Source: Methanopyrus kandleri AV19
Lineage (GTDB): Archaea; JAADCQ01; Methanopyri; Methanopyrales; Methanopyraceae
Assembly: GCF_000007185.1 (NCBI RefSeq)
Contig: NC_003551.1
Location: 1,320,001-1,352,000 of the forward strand
DNA length: 32,000 nt
Reading direction: 5' to 3'
The position numbers were made by a program, and so were the translations under genes. How positions within the stretch are numbered: the stretch's first letter is position 1; every line of letters begins with the position of its first letter. Below, piece after piece: positions 8,672 through 18,027 of this stretch. The notes under the pieces were generated by a model. The model did not search any database and was not told where the DNA came from. It worked only from the letters and a program-made list of their open reading frames with translations.

Positions 8672-9451
8672 GGCGGGCGGTTCTCCCGGAGGATCACCCT
8701 TTACACTCCGAAACCACCGAGGGGATTCCCCATCCCTGGCCCACCAAAACCAGCACATCAGTTTTATTTAAAGATTATCCCGATTCCGCTGAACACTTGA
8801 TCATACTAAAATCCAACACTAATTCGTTTCCATTTAGTCGAAAGCTTAATATACAACATTGGTAATACCGAAAATCATAGTTTCTTCTGATGAGTAATTA
8901 ATAAGTTAACTTAATGAAGTAATAATTACATAGTGTTGATGAACCGCTTTGATACCTCGTGAGAATCACAATTCTTTGCTAACGGTTAGAATCGTTATCC
9001 CTTCGAAGCGAAGTAAGGTGCAGGATTCGCACTATTAAAGTGCACTAGTTGGGCTATAGCCAAAGTCTAAGCGATATCAGTAAGTATGAGTAAATAGAGT
9101 AATACTCAATACTCAAGCGCCCCAGAACCACCACCTCCTACGGGGAAGGACCAGCCTTTCCATCCGGTTAATTAACTCGATAAAAAGTGAGTATGATGTA
9201 GTATTATAATCATCACGTATTTATAACACCAATCTCACCACAGGCCCGCGACCCGACTTCCGAGTCGTCGACCTTCATCCCCGATTAGCGCCCGCCGTTG
9301 CCGTTCAACCTTCGGGTAGGAGGGTGATCCGACCGAGGTGAGCGCGTCTTCGGGCCTCACGCTCTCGACGTCGAGAAGGGGCGTCGCCGAAGCGGCTGGA
9401 GATAGTAGCGGGGGACGGGTAAAGATCGAGGTGGCGGAAGCGATCGGCGTG

Positions 9452-10918
9452 TCACACGCGGGCTCTGCACCTCGGCGGGATCACGGGCGGTACCAGGACC
9501 GGGAACCCTCGCTTGCCGCCCTTCTCAGGGGGTTTCTCGGGCGGCTGTTCCGGCGGGCTCTCCGGTGGGTTGCTCGGCGGTGTCCGACCCTGCCCATCCC
9601 GTCGCCCTCGCTCCTTCACGGTGAACGACAGCCGCTCCCTGTACTCACCGTACGGCCCCTCGTACCTCACGATCAGGGTGTAATCGCCGGGTTCCTCCGG
9701 CGCCCGGAACCTGAACATCACCAGGCCACCGTCGACGTATCCCCCGGGTAGTAGTTCCACCGCACCCAGGTCGGTGACCGACCCACGTTCGTCCTTCAAC
9801 TCGAACCTCAGGACGCCCTCCTCCGGCCAACAGTCCCACGGCCACTCGTCCGCACACCAAGGCCCCCACCAGTACAGCCGCGGTCGGACGAGCACCGTCA
9901 CCTCGGAACCGGCCTCTACGGGATCGGGCGTCAGCGAGATATCGAAGATTACCCTCTTCTGCCTGATCTCGACCACCATGACCACGGGTACGTACGGGAA
10001 CCCGAACCTCTCGACGACCCGCGGCCACTCCGACCGTACTACCTCGGCGCGTTTCCGCTCGTACTCCTCGTACGACATCTTCCGCGGGTCGATACCGACG
10101 ACGTCGATGGTGACGACGTCTCCCAGCGCCAGCATCAGGTGGTCCATGACGTGGACCTCGTACGACGTCCAGGGGGCGCCTTCAGGGACGTGGGTGAAGA
10201 CGCCGTCCGGCCACACGAAGAGCTCGACCTTGACGCTCAGCGTCCTGAGGGCGCAGTCCAGACACCACGCGGCCGGGTACGGCTGTACCGGGACGGGCCA
10301 CTCGACGGCTCCGATATCGTACAGGTACTTCAGCTTCACTCCATAGGGGAACGATATGCCCTCACCGTTCCAGACGGGTTCTACCATCTGGAGGTCCGGC
10401 ACCCGGTGCACGGCTGGTATCCTGAGCTCCAGGACCAGGGCGGAGTCGTGGGCCTCGGGCGTCACCCGGAAGTCGAGCTGGGTCCACTTCCAGGTCTCAT
10501 CTAGGAACTCCCACGTGACCTCCGAGCCGTCCGCGGGTTCTACCCGCTCCCATTCCTTCCAGATGATGTACATCCACTCCTCTGCCGGCGGTACTTCTTC
10601 CGCCTCACCCCACTCGATCTCCGGGTAGAACCTCGCCTCGAGGACCTCCGCGTCCGGCGGCAGGAGCACGTGCAACGTCACCGGCTTCCCGGGGTTCCTG
10701 GTACTGATCGCCGCGATGTACTCCGCGTCCACGTAATCGAGGACCTTATCGCCGTGCCACGTAGTCTCTTCCTTCCAGTGGACGTCCTCGACGATCAGCC
10801 AGCTCTTCACGCTGACGTCCGGGAGCACCTCCGGGTCCACCCAGACGGCACCGTGACCCGGTAGCGGTAGTAGGATGAGGGCGACCGGAAGCACCGTCGA
10901 TGGGAAGGCCCGCCTCAT
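9452..10918 (-). CDS. secreted/surface protein, paralogue of the 29240..30568 gene
   Basis: Signal peptide MRRAFPSTVLPVALILLPLPGHGAVW; shared blocks VTWEFLDETWKWTQLDF, GFPYVPVV, FRFRAPEEPGDYTLIVRYEGPYG; Pro/Glu/Lys-rich C-terminal segment ending GFPVLVPPVIPPRCRARV. Confidence 0.85.
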   Translation of the reverse strand: MRRAFPSTVLPVALILLPLPGHGAVWVDPEVLPDVSVKSWLIVEDVHWKEETTWHGDKVLDYVDAEYIAAISTRNPGKPVTLHVLLPPDAEVLEARFYPEIEWGEAEEVPPAEEWMYIIWKEWERVEPADGSEVTWEFLDETWKWTQLDFRVTPEAHDSALVLELRIPAVHRVPDLQMVEPVWNGEGISFPYGVKLKYLYDIGAVEWPVPVQPYPAAWCLDCALRTLSVKVELFVWPDGVFTHVPEGAPWTSYEVHVMDHLMLALGDVVTIDVVGIDPRKMSYEEYERKRAEVVRSEWPRVVERFGFPYVPVVMVVEIRQKRVIFDISLTPDPVEAGSEVTVLVRPRLYWWGPWCADEWPWDCWPEEGVLRFELKDERGSVTDLGAVELLPGGYVDGGLVMFRFRAPEEPGDYTLIVRYEGPYGEYRERLSFTVKERGRRDGQGRTPPSNPPESPPEQPPEKPPEKGGKRGFPVLVPPVIPPRCRARV

Positions 10919-11220
10919 GCCCAAGCCCCGGGCGGTGGGCGTACCGGGGAGGTATGAAAATATTTTTCGTACAGGTAATAGCGCGGGTGTTCTCGGACGT
11001 GGGTCGTCCCGCACGGGATGCTCCGATCCGAGCCGGTATCCGGGGTTCGTCACCGTCCAGGGGTTAGGCGACCCGCAGCTGTTTTCCACTGAGTCAACCG
11101 ACCGACGGGAGGCCGCTGAAACCGAGCCTCGGAACGGTTACGGTTTCCTCATCAACGGAACTGGTTTTGAGAAATCGAGGGTGTGTCGCGCGTCGTTAAC
11201 ACTCCGATGGGATTACTACC

Positions 11221-11230
11221 CTTATAACTC
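11221..11230 (+). promoter_or_regulatory. candidate TATA box of the csm operon
   Basis: cttataactc about 45-50 nt upstream of the cas10 GTG start. Confidence 0.35.
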
Positions 11231-11273
11231 GGGACGGCCACCTTGGTGTCCCTATGCCGGTGGGGGTGACCCG

Positions 11274-14015
11274 GTGGAGCGGGTGGCCCTGGCGGGGCTC
11301 CTCCACGATGTCGGGAAGCTCCCGCAGCGCTCCGGGGAGCGCGGGAGCCACCAGAAGCTGGGCGCGGAGCTGCTTAAAAAGGCCTTCGGCGGTCGGGAGC
11401 GGGAGGACGAGACGCTGGGCCTCGCGGTCCTGGCGGCACGGTACCACCACTCCGACTCGCTCGGGGACGCTCGGCCGAGTGACCTGGAGGTCCCGGAAGA
11501 CTGGGGCCTGGAGCTGGCGGTCGTGGCCCTGGCCGACACCCTGGCGAGCGCGGAGCGCGGGAACAACGAGCTCGACCGGGAGGAACCCCGTGGCGATCAC
11601 CGCGGGTACTGGACCCTGTACAACCCTTGGTACCGGATCTGGGAGGCCTTCCGGAGGCGACTGGGCGGCGAGGTCCCGGGCGGCTGGGGCTGGACCGAGG
11701 GGCGTCCGGAGTTCGTCCCGGACGAGCTCCCGCTCCTGCACCTCAACGTCGACCCCCGGGAGTTCGAGCCCCCGAAGGTCGTGGAGGAGGGTGAGGGTTA
11801 CCGGGGGCGCTACCGCGGGCTGGCCGGGAGGTTGACCGAGTGGTTGAAAGGGCTCGGTGTCCGGGACCATCCGCACCCGTTCGACCCGGCCCGGGTGGCG
11901 ATGGAGGTCACGACGTCGCTCGTCCCGGCCCAGCACTACATCCCCGAGGGCCGCGACCACATGCGCTCGATCACGCTCTACGACCACTCGCTCCTCACCG
12001 CGTCCCTGGCCTCGTGCCTGTGGTACCTGGTCGAGGAGGGTCACCTCGACGGCCCGGAGGATAACCCGTCGGAGGCTTACCACCGGTTGAGGGACGGGTT
12101 GAGGGAGGGCCGGGGCTCCTTCCTCCTGGTGCGCGGGTCGCTCTCCGGTATCGGCGAGTTCATCCGCTCGGTCCGGCGCGCGTCCCCGCTCGAGGAGAGG
12201 AGGCGTACGGCCTCGTACCTCAAGATCATCCGGGGACGCTCGGCCTTCGTGGACCTGCTCACGGCGGGCGCGGCCTGGACCGTCCTCCGCGAGACCCTGG
12301 GTCGGGACGCGCACCCCGCGTTCCTGCTCCGGGCGGCGGGTGGCTCCTTCACGCTCCTCCTGCCGAACACCGAGGAGGTCCGGGAGGCGCTCGAAGCGGT
12401 TCGGGAAGGATTGAAGCGGTCGGTGTCGGAGGGCAGCGACGGGGTCCTCTCCCTCGGGCTGGCCTGGGTCGAGCTGGACTGGGACGCCCTGATGAGGAGG
12501 GAGCGGTTCAGGGAGCGCGTGGAGGAGCTGGGTCGCCGGGAGTCGGAGGACCGGCGTCGCGCGGTCCTGCCGGGTCGGGGGACGACGTCCCGGGTCGAGG
12601 AGCCCTGCCCCGTCTGCGGGAGCCCGGTCCCGGAGGATGAGGGGTGCGAGCACTGCGAGCGGCTGGGGGACCTGGGCGACTCCCTGGTCCGCCGGGACGA
12701 GGAGGACCGCCCGGTGTTCGCGGGTTTCCTGGTCTACGAGGATCGGGACGGTTCCGGGGACGGTGGGGATGTCGTGCACGAACGCGACGGGCACCGGTAC
12801 CGCGTGCACCACGTGACCCGCGAAGGGTTGGGCGGTGCCGTCTCGGTAGGTGGACTGCTCCTGGTGGATCCGGCGCACGTGGAGGAGGCGCTGAAGTGTG
12901 CGCGGAAGGCGGCAAAGGAGGGGAAGTCTCCGGCCCGGGTCGTCATGTCCTACTTCCCGTGGTACGCGGCTACGAAGGACGACGTGCCGGAGTCGGAGGG
13001 AGAGGAGGGGATCGCGACGTTCTCGGGGATGGCGGAACGCTCCCCGGGCGCGTCCCTGCTGGGGTTCGCGTACGTGGACGTGGACAACCTGGGCGAGTGG
13101 GTGAGGGAGGCCGCGGGCGACGCGTTCGGCGTACTGCTTTCGATCTCCAGGTTCACGGACCTGGTCTTCCGCCACTGGGTGAACGCGCTGGGGTTCCGGA
13201 CGGTCGCGGAGTTGCTGGACGACGTGCCGGGACTCGAGGTGAGGCTGGCGGACGGCGGGCGGGAGCTCGACCCGCCGGAGCTGCTACCGAGGTTCGGGGA
13301 GGACGGGGAGCCCGAGCCGGAGCACGGGGAGGACCGCGGTCGGCCGTTCCTGTTAGTGTACTCGGGCGGCGACGACCTATTAGTGGCGGGCGCGTGGAAC
13401 GAGGCGTACTCGCTGCCGTTCGAGGTCTTCCTGCTCTTCTCGCACGTCACGGGTTACCTGCCCGTCGCGTCCCTGTCCGGGGCGGTCGTGCTCACGCGGA
13501 AGAAGGCCCCGTTCCACCTGGTCCTGCGGGCGCTCAAGGCGCGGGAGCGGGAGGCTAAGCGCGCGGGTGAGGGCGACGACCCCGTGCGGGTGAGGCTGGC
13601 GCCGAAGGGTTACGTTTCGCTGTTGAGGTTATCCGTTTCTAAATCATTGAATGTCAAAGAATTGGAATCGGATAGCGAAAACCAGGATACACATCCCGTC
13701 CCCGGACCCGTGCGGTTCGACCTGGCCCTCGCCGCGGTGGACATGTTGAAGGACGTCGTGGGCGCGCTCGACCGGAAGGCGCGGGCCTACCGGCTGCTCC
13801 GCGCGCTCCGGTCCTGGTGGGGGCGCGGCGACGTGGGAGCTGCCTCGGCGCTCGCGTACGTCGTCTCCAGGATGGAAGACGACTCGGGGGTCGACCTCTC
13901 CGGGACGCTCCTCTCGGTCCTGCCGGTTAAGCCTCCCGAGGACGCCGAGCTGTACCCGGTCGGCCTGTTCGACGTGGCCCTGATCCCGCACCTGATCGCG
14001 AGGAGGGGAGGATGA
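11274..14015 (+). CDS. cas10: Cas10/Csm1, type III-A, with HD and GGDD palm domains
   Basis: VERVALAGLLHDVGKLPQRSG (HD), CPVCGSPVPEDEGCEHC zinc ribbon, FAYVDVDNLGEWVREAAGD, LVYSGGDDLLVAGAWNEAYSLP. GTG at 11274; the upstream part of the ORF is probably non-coding. Confidence 0.93.
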   Translation: MERVALAGLLHDVGKLPQRSGERGSHQKLGAELLKKAFGGREREDETLGLAVLAARYHHSDSLGDARPSDLEVPEDWGLELAVVALADTLASAERGNNELDREEPRGDHRGYWTLYNPWYRIWEAFRRRLGGEVPGGWGWTEGRPEFVPDELPLLHLNVDPREFEPPKVVEEGEGYRGRYRGLAGRLTEWLKGLGVRDHPHPFDPARVAMEVTTSLVPAQHYIPEGRDHMRSITLYDHSLLTASLASCLWYLVEEGHLDGPEDNPSEAYHRLRDGLREGRGSFLLVRGSLSGIGEFIRSVRRASPLEERRRTASYLKIIRGRSAFVDLLTAGAAWTVLRETLGRDAHPAFLLRAAGGSFTLLLPNTEEVREALEAVREGLKRSVSEGSDGVLSLGLAWVELDWDALMRRERFRERVEELGRRESEDRRRAVLPGRGTTSRVEEPCPVCGSPVPEDEGCEHCERLGDLGDSLVRRDEEDRPVFAGFLVYEDRDGSGDGGDVVHERDGHRYRVHHVTREGLGGAVSVGGLLLVDPAHVEEALKCARKAAKEGKSPARVVMSYFPWYAATKDDVPESEGEEGIATFSGMAERSPGASLLGFAYVDVDNLGEWVREAAGDAFGVLLSISRFTDLVFRHWVNALGFRTVAELLDDVPGLEVRLADGGRELDPPELLPRFGEDGEPEPEHGEDRGRPFLLVYSGGDDLLVAGAWNEAYSLPFEVFLLFSHVTGYLPVASLSGAVVLTRKKAPFHLVLRALKAREREAKRAGEGDDPVRVRLAPKGYVSLLRLSVSKSLNVKELESDSENQDTHPVPGPVRFDLALAAVDMLKDVVGALDRKARAYRLLRALRSWWGRGDVGAASALAYVVSRMEDDSGVDLSGTLLSVLPVKPPEDAELYPVGLFDVALIPHLIARRGG

Positions 14016-14016
14016 G

Positions 14017-14541
14017 ATGGGCGCGGATCTGAGGCCGGCGGAGCTCGCGGAAGAGTACCTGTACAAGCCGGGTCGACTGGACAGGAACCGTAGGGAGGAC
14101 GCGGAGCGGAGGTTTGAGAGGTTGCTGAACGACTTCAAGGCTAAGAGGATACAGCTGAAGCCCTCGGACGACGGGCTCCTAGAGCTCGCGTTCTTCACGG
14201 CACTGGTGTCGTTGAATGTCTCGAACTCGCAGCTCAGGCGGCTGTACGCCGAGATCACGAACGTCCGCAACGAGACCAGGAGGGCCAGGGAGGGGAAAGG
14301 GAGCTGGGAGGACGTGGTAGCCGCCCTGGGCAAGGCCCGCGTCGTGCTCGCGTACACGAAGGGTCGGCAGGGGAAGGAGTTCGAGGGCCTGTACGAGGTC
14401 CTGGACGAGGCGCTGCGTAAGGCGACGAAGATCGTTGAGGACTCGGAGGACGACGACGTCCGGAGGCGCGCGATCGAGGCCCTTCACTTCCTGGCCGAGG
14501 GCATCGTCGCGTTCCACCGCTTCCTGGGCGGTAGGAGCTGA
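14017..14541 (+). CDS. csm2: Csm2, type III-A small subunit
   Basis: 174 aa, helical, NVSNSQLRRLYAEITNVRNETRR..LGKARVVLAYTKGR, located directly between cas10 and csm3. Confidence 0.82.
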   Translation: MGADLRPAELAEEYLYKPGRLDRNRREDAERRFERLLNDFKAKRIQLKPSDDGLLELAFFTALVSLNVSNSQLRRLYAEITNVRNETRRAREGKGSWEDVVAALGKARVVLAYTKGRQGKEFEGLYEVLDEALRKATKIVEDSEDDDVRRRAIEALHFLAEGIVAFHRFLGGRS

Positions 14542-14553
14542 GGGGGGTCGAAC

Positions 14554-15609
14554 GTGGTCGGTATCGGCGGCACGATCACGCTGGTCGGCGAGATCCGGCT
14601 GAGGACGGGCACGCGGATCGGCACGTCCGAGGAGGAGATCGAGATCGGCGGGCTCGACAACCCCGTGATCAGGGACCCGGTGAGCGGATACCCGTACGTC
14701 CCGGGCTCCTCGCTGAAGGGGCGCGCCCGGGCGCTGTTCGAGCTCGCGTGGATGAAGAGCCGGGAAATCGAGCCGGACGTGTTCTTCGGCGCCCACCACA
14801 ACGAGCGCCACGAGTGCGGGTTCGTGCGGCGGGAGGTGTACGAGGAGGCTAAAGAGTACCTGCGCGAGGATCCGCCGTGGCTGGAGAACGGGACGTGTCC
14901 GGTCTGCCGGATCTTCGGGTCGGCGGGCGACGGGATCGGGTTCTCGGACCCGGGGAGGCTGGAGGACGAGCGCCGGGGACTCGGGTACGATCCCTACGGG
15001 CGGTACCGGGACCCCAACGACGCCCAGGAGCTCTCCGGGGTCGTGGACGTGAAGAAGGAAGCGCGCGTGGCCTTCAGGGACGCCCACCCGACTACCTACA
15101 CCGTTAATGACGTCTTCGAGCGGGCGGGCGAGCCCACGGAAGTCAAGCACGAGAACGCGATCAACCGCGTCAGCGGTGAGGCCAACCCGCGCTCGATGGA
15201 GCGCGTCCCGAAAGGTTCGCGCTTCGGTCTGGAGGTCGTCTACCGGGTCGAGGACGGGGAGGAGCTCGAGTCGGACCTGAAGTACCTGATGTCCTCGTTG
15301 AAGCTCGTGGAGGACCAAGGGATCGGCCACAGCACCTCCCGGGGCTACGGCCGCGTCGAGTTCAGGATCGCCGCCCTCTGCGCGCGGTCGACCGGGTGGT
15401 ACCTGGACCCGGGCGCGGGCGAGGGGTTCCCGGAGGAGGAAGACAAGGACGAGGCCGCCGACGAGGTCACGTACCTGAGTGACCTCGAGGCCGAGCGGTA
15501 CGAGATCGTGATCCGCGCCCGGGACCTGGAGGACCGGGCGTACCTGCGTCCCGAGGAGTGGGTGGAGCGGCTGGACGAGGTGGTCGGCGAGCTCCCGTGG
15601 GGCCGATGA
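14554..15609 (+). CDS. csm3: Csm3, RAMP backbone subunit with predicted target-RNA cleavage Asp
   Basis: LRTGTRIGTSEEEIEIGGLDNPVIRDPVSGYPYVPGSSLKGRARALFELA: classic Csm3 GG.DNPVIRDP and G.SLKG motifs; long C-terminal acidic extension. Confidence 0.95.
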   Translation: MVGIGGTITLVGEIRLRTGTRIGTSEEEIEIGGLDNPVIRDPVSGYPYVPGSSLKGRARALFELAWMKSREIEPDVFFGAHHNERHECGFVRREVYEEAKEYLREDPPWLENGTCPVCRIFGSAGDGIGFSDPGRLEDERRGLGYDPYGRYRDPNDAQELSGVVDVKKEARVAFRDAHPTTYTVNDVFERAGEPTEVKHENAINRVSGEANPRSMERVPKGSRFGLEVVYRVEDGEELESDLKYLMSSLKLVEDQGIGHSTSRGYGRVEFRIAALCARSTGWYLDPGAGEGFPEEEDKDEAADEVTYLSDLEAERYEIVIRARDLEDRAYLRPEEWVERLDEVVGELPWGR

Positions 15610-15610
15610 C

Positions 15611-16702
15611 GTGGAGCTGGTCCTGGAGCTGTCGCTGGGTCGGTTCCGCGCGGGGGACGCTATCGAGCGGACCCGGACCTCCGTCCCCGCCCAGACGCTC
15701 TTCGGGGCGATCCTCGGGGCGACCCTGGAGCTCCTACGCGGCGACGGCGAGGACCCGGACGTCGTAAAGGAAGTCCTAGACGCGCTGGTCGGCGGCCTCG
15801 AGCTCACGGACGCGTTCCCGCTGGACCGCGGGGGCGAGCCGCTGCTCCCCGTACCCGAGCACGTCCGCCGGGAGCTCTCGGACCCAGAGCGATACGGGGA
15901 GGTGCTGAGGGAGCTCGCGGGTGACGACGTAGACACGGGGACCCACGGGCTGGTGACCGAGCCGGAGCGCCTGCCGCTGTCCCTGTTCACGGATCTCTGC
16001 GTCGAGGGGTCGCCGACGGATCCGGCGACGCTGAAGCGGCTGCGGGAGTGGCTCTCGGGGGAGCACGACCCGGTCGTGGGCTCCGGCCGGCTCACCCACG
16101 CCTCGGTCCCCAGGACGGGCGATGACACGACGCCGTTCACCCTGGACTACGCCAGCGGCCGCGGGATCGAGGGTCCCACGCACGTGGCCTTCCTCAGGTA
16201 CGATGGGAAGGAACCGGACTACTACGACGTCGAGGCGCTGCTCCGCGCGGTCCTCCGTTATCTCAGGGACGCGGGGCTCGGCGGTGCCAGGTCCCGGGGC
16301 GCGGGTGAGGTCTTAGAGGCGGGGCTCAGGGAGCCGGAAGGCGAGGAGAAGCTGCTGTTCTCGCAGCGGATGAGGGTCGAGGAGGGCGAGCCCGCGATCA
16401 CGCTCTCGGCCTGCGCACCCGAGGGGGACGCGGAGTTCTACGGCCGGGTCGAGCGGAGGGGCCTCCACTACGCCCGGGTGGGTCCTTTCGTGACGAATTA
16501 CCGGGTCCCGCGCCACTACCTGGCCGCGACGGGTTCGTACTTCCCGGAGTGGCCCGGCGCGGAGAACCTCAGGTTCGAGGTCCCGGAGGGGCTGCTCCCC
16601 GGGTTCCTCCGGGGCGACCCGATGTACCGGGGCGGGTACGAGCTCGTCGTCTACGGTCGAGGGTTCCCGGTCCGGGTCAGGGCGTTGGGGGACGGGGATT
16701 GA
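15611..16702 (+). CDS. csm4: Csm4, RAMP subunit
   Basis: IERTRTSVPAQTLFGAILGATLELL..GLGGARSRGAGEVL glycine-rich motif; position after csm3. Confidence 0.88.
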   Translation: MELVLELSLGRFRAGDAIERTRTSVPAQTLFGAILGATLELLRGDGEDPDVVKEVLDALVGGLELTDAFPLDRGGEPLLPVPEHVRRELSDPERYGEVLRELAGDDVDTGTHGLVTEPERLPLSLFTDLCVEGSPTDPATLKRLREWLSGEHDPVVGSGRLTHASVPRTGDDTTPFTLDYASGRGIEGPTHVAFLRYDGKEPDYYDVEALLRAVLRYLRDAGLGGARSRGAGEVLEAGLREPEGEEKLLFSQRMRVEEGEPAITLSACAPEGDAEFYGRVERRGLHYARVGPFVTNYRVPRHYLAATGSYFPEWPGAENLRFEVPEGLLPGFLRGDPMYRGGYELVVYGRGFPVRVRALGDGD

Positions 16703-18027
16703 CCGTCCTGCTGGTCCGGAACGTGGGCGTGAACGACGTCCGGGTGGACGGCGAACGGGTGAACGAGCCGTACTACGTGCTCAAGGAGCTGGTCGAGTCG
16801 GGCGACCTCGACGGCGTGTCCTTCCCGATCCTAGAACGGGTGCTGGAGGAGCTGGAGCCCGACCGGATCGTCCTCTTCGCGACGGACCAGGATCCGGGAT
16901 CGACCCCGAGGCATCTGAAGGCCAAGGACACGCTGTACGTCGCGGAGGCTATGCGCGAGCTCCTCGACGTCGAGGTCGAGGTCCGGGTGATCCGCGAGAA
17001 CCCGTCGGACCACGACGCGATGCTGGAGCTCTACGGCCGGGAACTCCCCGAGGTCCTGGACGGGGCCGAGGAGGTGTACCTGGACGTGACGACGGGTACG
17101 CCCGCCCAGTCGCTGGCCCTCGCGCTCAAGGGTCTCGAGGTCGAGCCGGACGCGGAGCTCGTGTACGTGTCCGAATCCACCGGGACTACCCGGATCCGCG
17201 TGGGCGACGAGCTGCTCCGGCGGATCGCGGACGAGCTCCTGGAGTACGGGCTGAACGACCCGGCCGCCAGGGTCCTGTCCCACACCGGGCTGGACGACCT
17301 CCGTACCTACGCCGAGGCGCGGGCGGCCGAGGACCGGTTCGAGTTCGAGCGGGCTCGGGAGCTCTACCGGGGGCTCCCCGAGGACTTCCTGGACGTCTCG
17401 GATCGACTGGAGCGCGTGGAGCGGGCGCTCTCGGACGATCCCGTGGAGAGAATGGCCGAGCGCACCCGTTACGTCCTGGACCGGGCGCTGACGCACCTGA
17501 AGCGTGGCGAGTACGGTGAGTACGTCCTCCGGACCTGCGTCGCCCAGGAGATGATCCTGTGGACGACCTTCTCCGCGGTCTCCGGTCGCGAGCCTGACCC
17601 GGACGAGTTCGTGCGGCACGCGTCGCGGGAGGCGGACTGGGATCCCAAGTACGGTAACCTCGGGGACTTGATCCGCAGGGATCCGGTGAGCACCCTAGCT
17701 CGCTACCTCGGGGACTACCTGGAGGACCTCACCTCGCTCGAGGTCACCGACGCGGGTCGGGCGGCCGCCGTGAACGCCCTGGCCAGCTACTACGTGGTTA
17801 AGGGGCTCAGGGAGCTCCGGGACGACTACGCGCACCGGGCGATCAGGATCACGCTCGAGGATGTCCGGGAGGCCCTCGGACGCTCGCGCGTGGACTCGGA
17901 GTACTGGGAGAGGAAGCACGGTCACGGCCCCGACTTCAAGTTCCCGTCGGAGGAGGACGACCCGGAGGCGGCCGTCGAGGCCCTCCGGGAGTGCGTGGAC
18001 GCGATCGAGCGGGCGGTGGGTCGATGA
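16699..18027 (+). CDS. csm6: CARF-HEPN protein, Csm6-like cyclic-oligoadenylate-activated RNase
   Basis: TTG start overlapping the csm4 stop; N-terminal VLLVRNVGVNDV..DRIVLFATDQ..EEVYLDVTTGTPAQSLALALKG (CARF); C-terminal RDDYAH at 17818-17835 (HEPN RX4H). Confidence 0.85.
   Translation: MTVLLVRNVGVNDVRVDGERVNEPYYVLKELVESGDLDGVSFPILERVLEELEPDRIVLFATDQDPGSTPRHLKAKDTLYVAEAMRELLDVEVEVRVIRENPSDHDAMLELYGRELPEVLDGAEEVYLDVTTGTPAQSLALALKGLEVEPDAELVYVSESTGTTRIRVGDELLRRIADELLEYGLNDPAARVLSHTGLDDLRTYAEARAAEDRFEFERARELYRGLPEDFLDVSDRLERVERALSDDPVERMAERTRYVLDRALTHLKRGEYGEYVLRTCVAQEMILWTTFSAVSGREPDPDEFVRHASREADWDPKYGNLGDLIRRDPVSTLARYLGDYLEDLTSLEVTDAGRAAAVNALASYYVVKGLRELRDDYAHRAIRITLEDVREALGRSRVDSEYWERKHGHGPDFKFPSEEDDPEAAVEALRECVDAIERAVGR

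Noticed and set aside
9170-9190. Possible further CRISPR repeat relic (cggttaattaactcg)
   Set aside because: Only a short partial match to the repeat's GGGTTAATTGCGAG end; could be chance in AT-rich sequence
10875-11273. N-terminal 133 codons of the 1046-aa ORF as part of Cas10
   Set aside because: Overlaps the divergent surface-protein start and promoter region, non-protein-like composition; Csm1 homology begins at VERVALAGLLHDVGK
11196-13175. Long minus-strand ORF (659 aa) opposite cas10
   Set aside because: Antisense shadow ORF; the plus strand encodes Cas10 with intact motifs
14179-16140. Long minus-strand ORF (653 aa) opposite csm2-csm4
   Set aside because: Shadow ORF with Ser/Arg/Val low-complexity composition; the plus strand carries Csm genes
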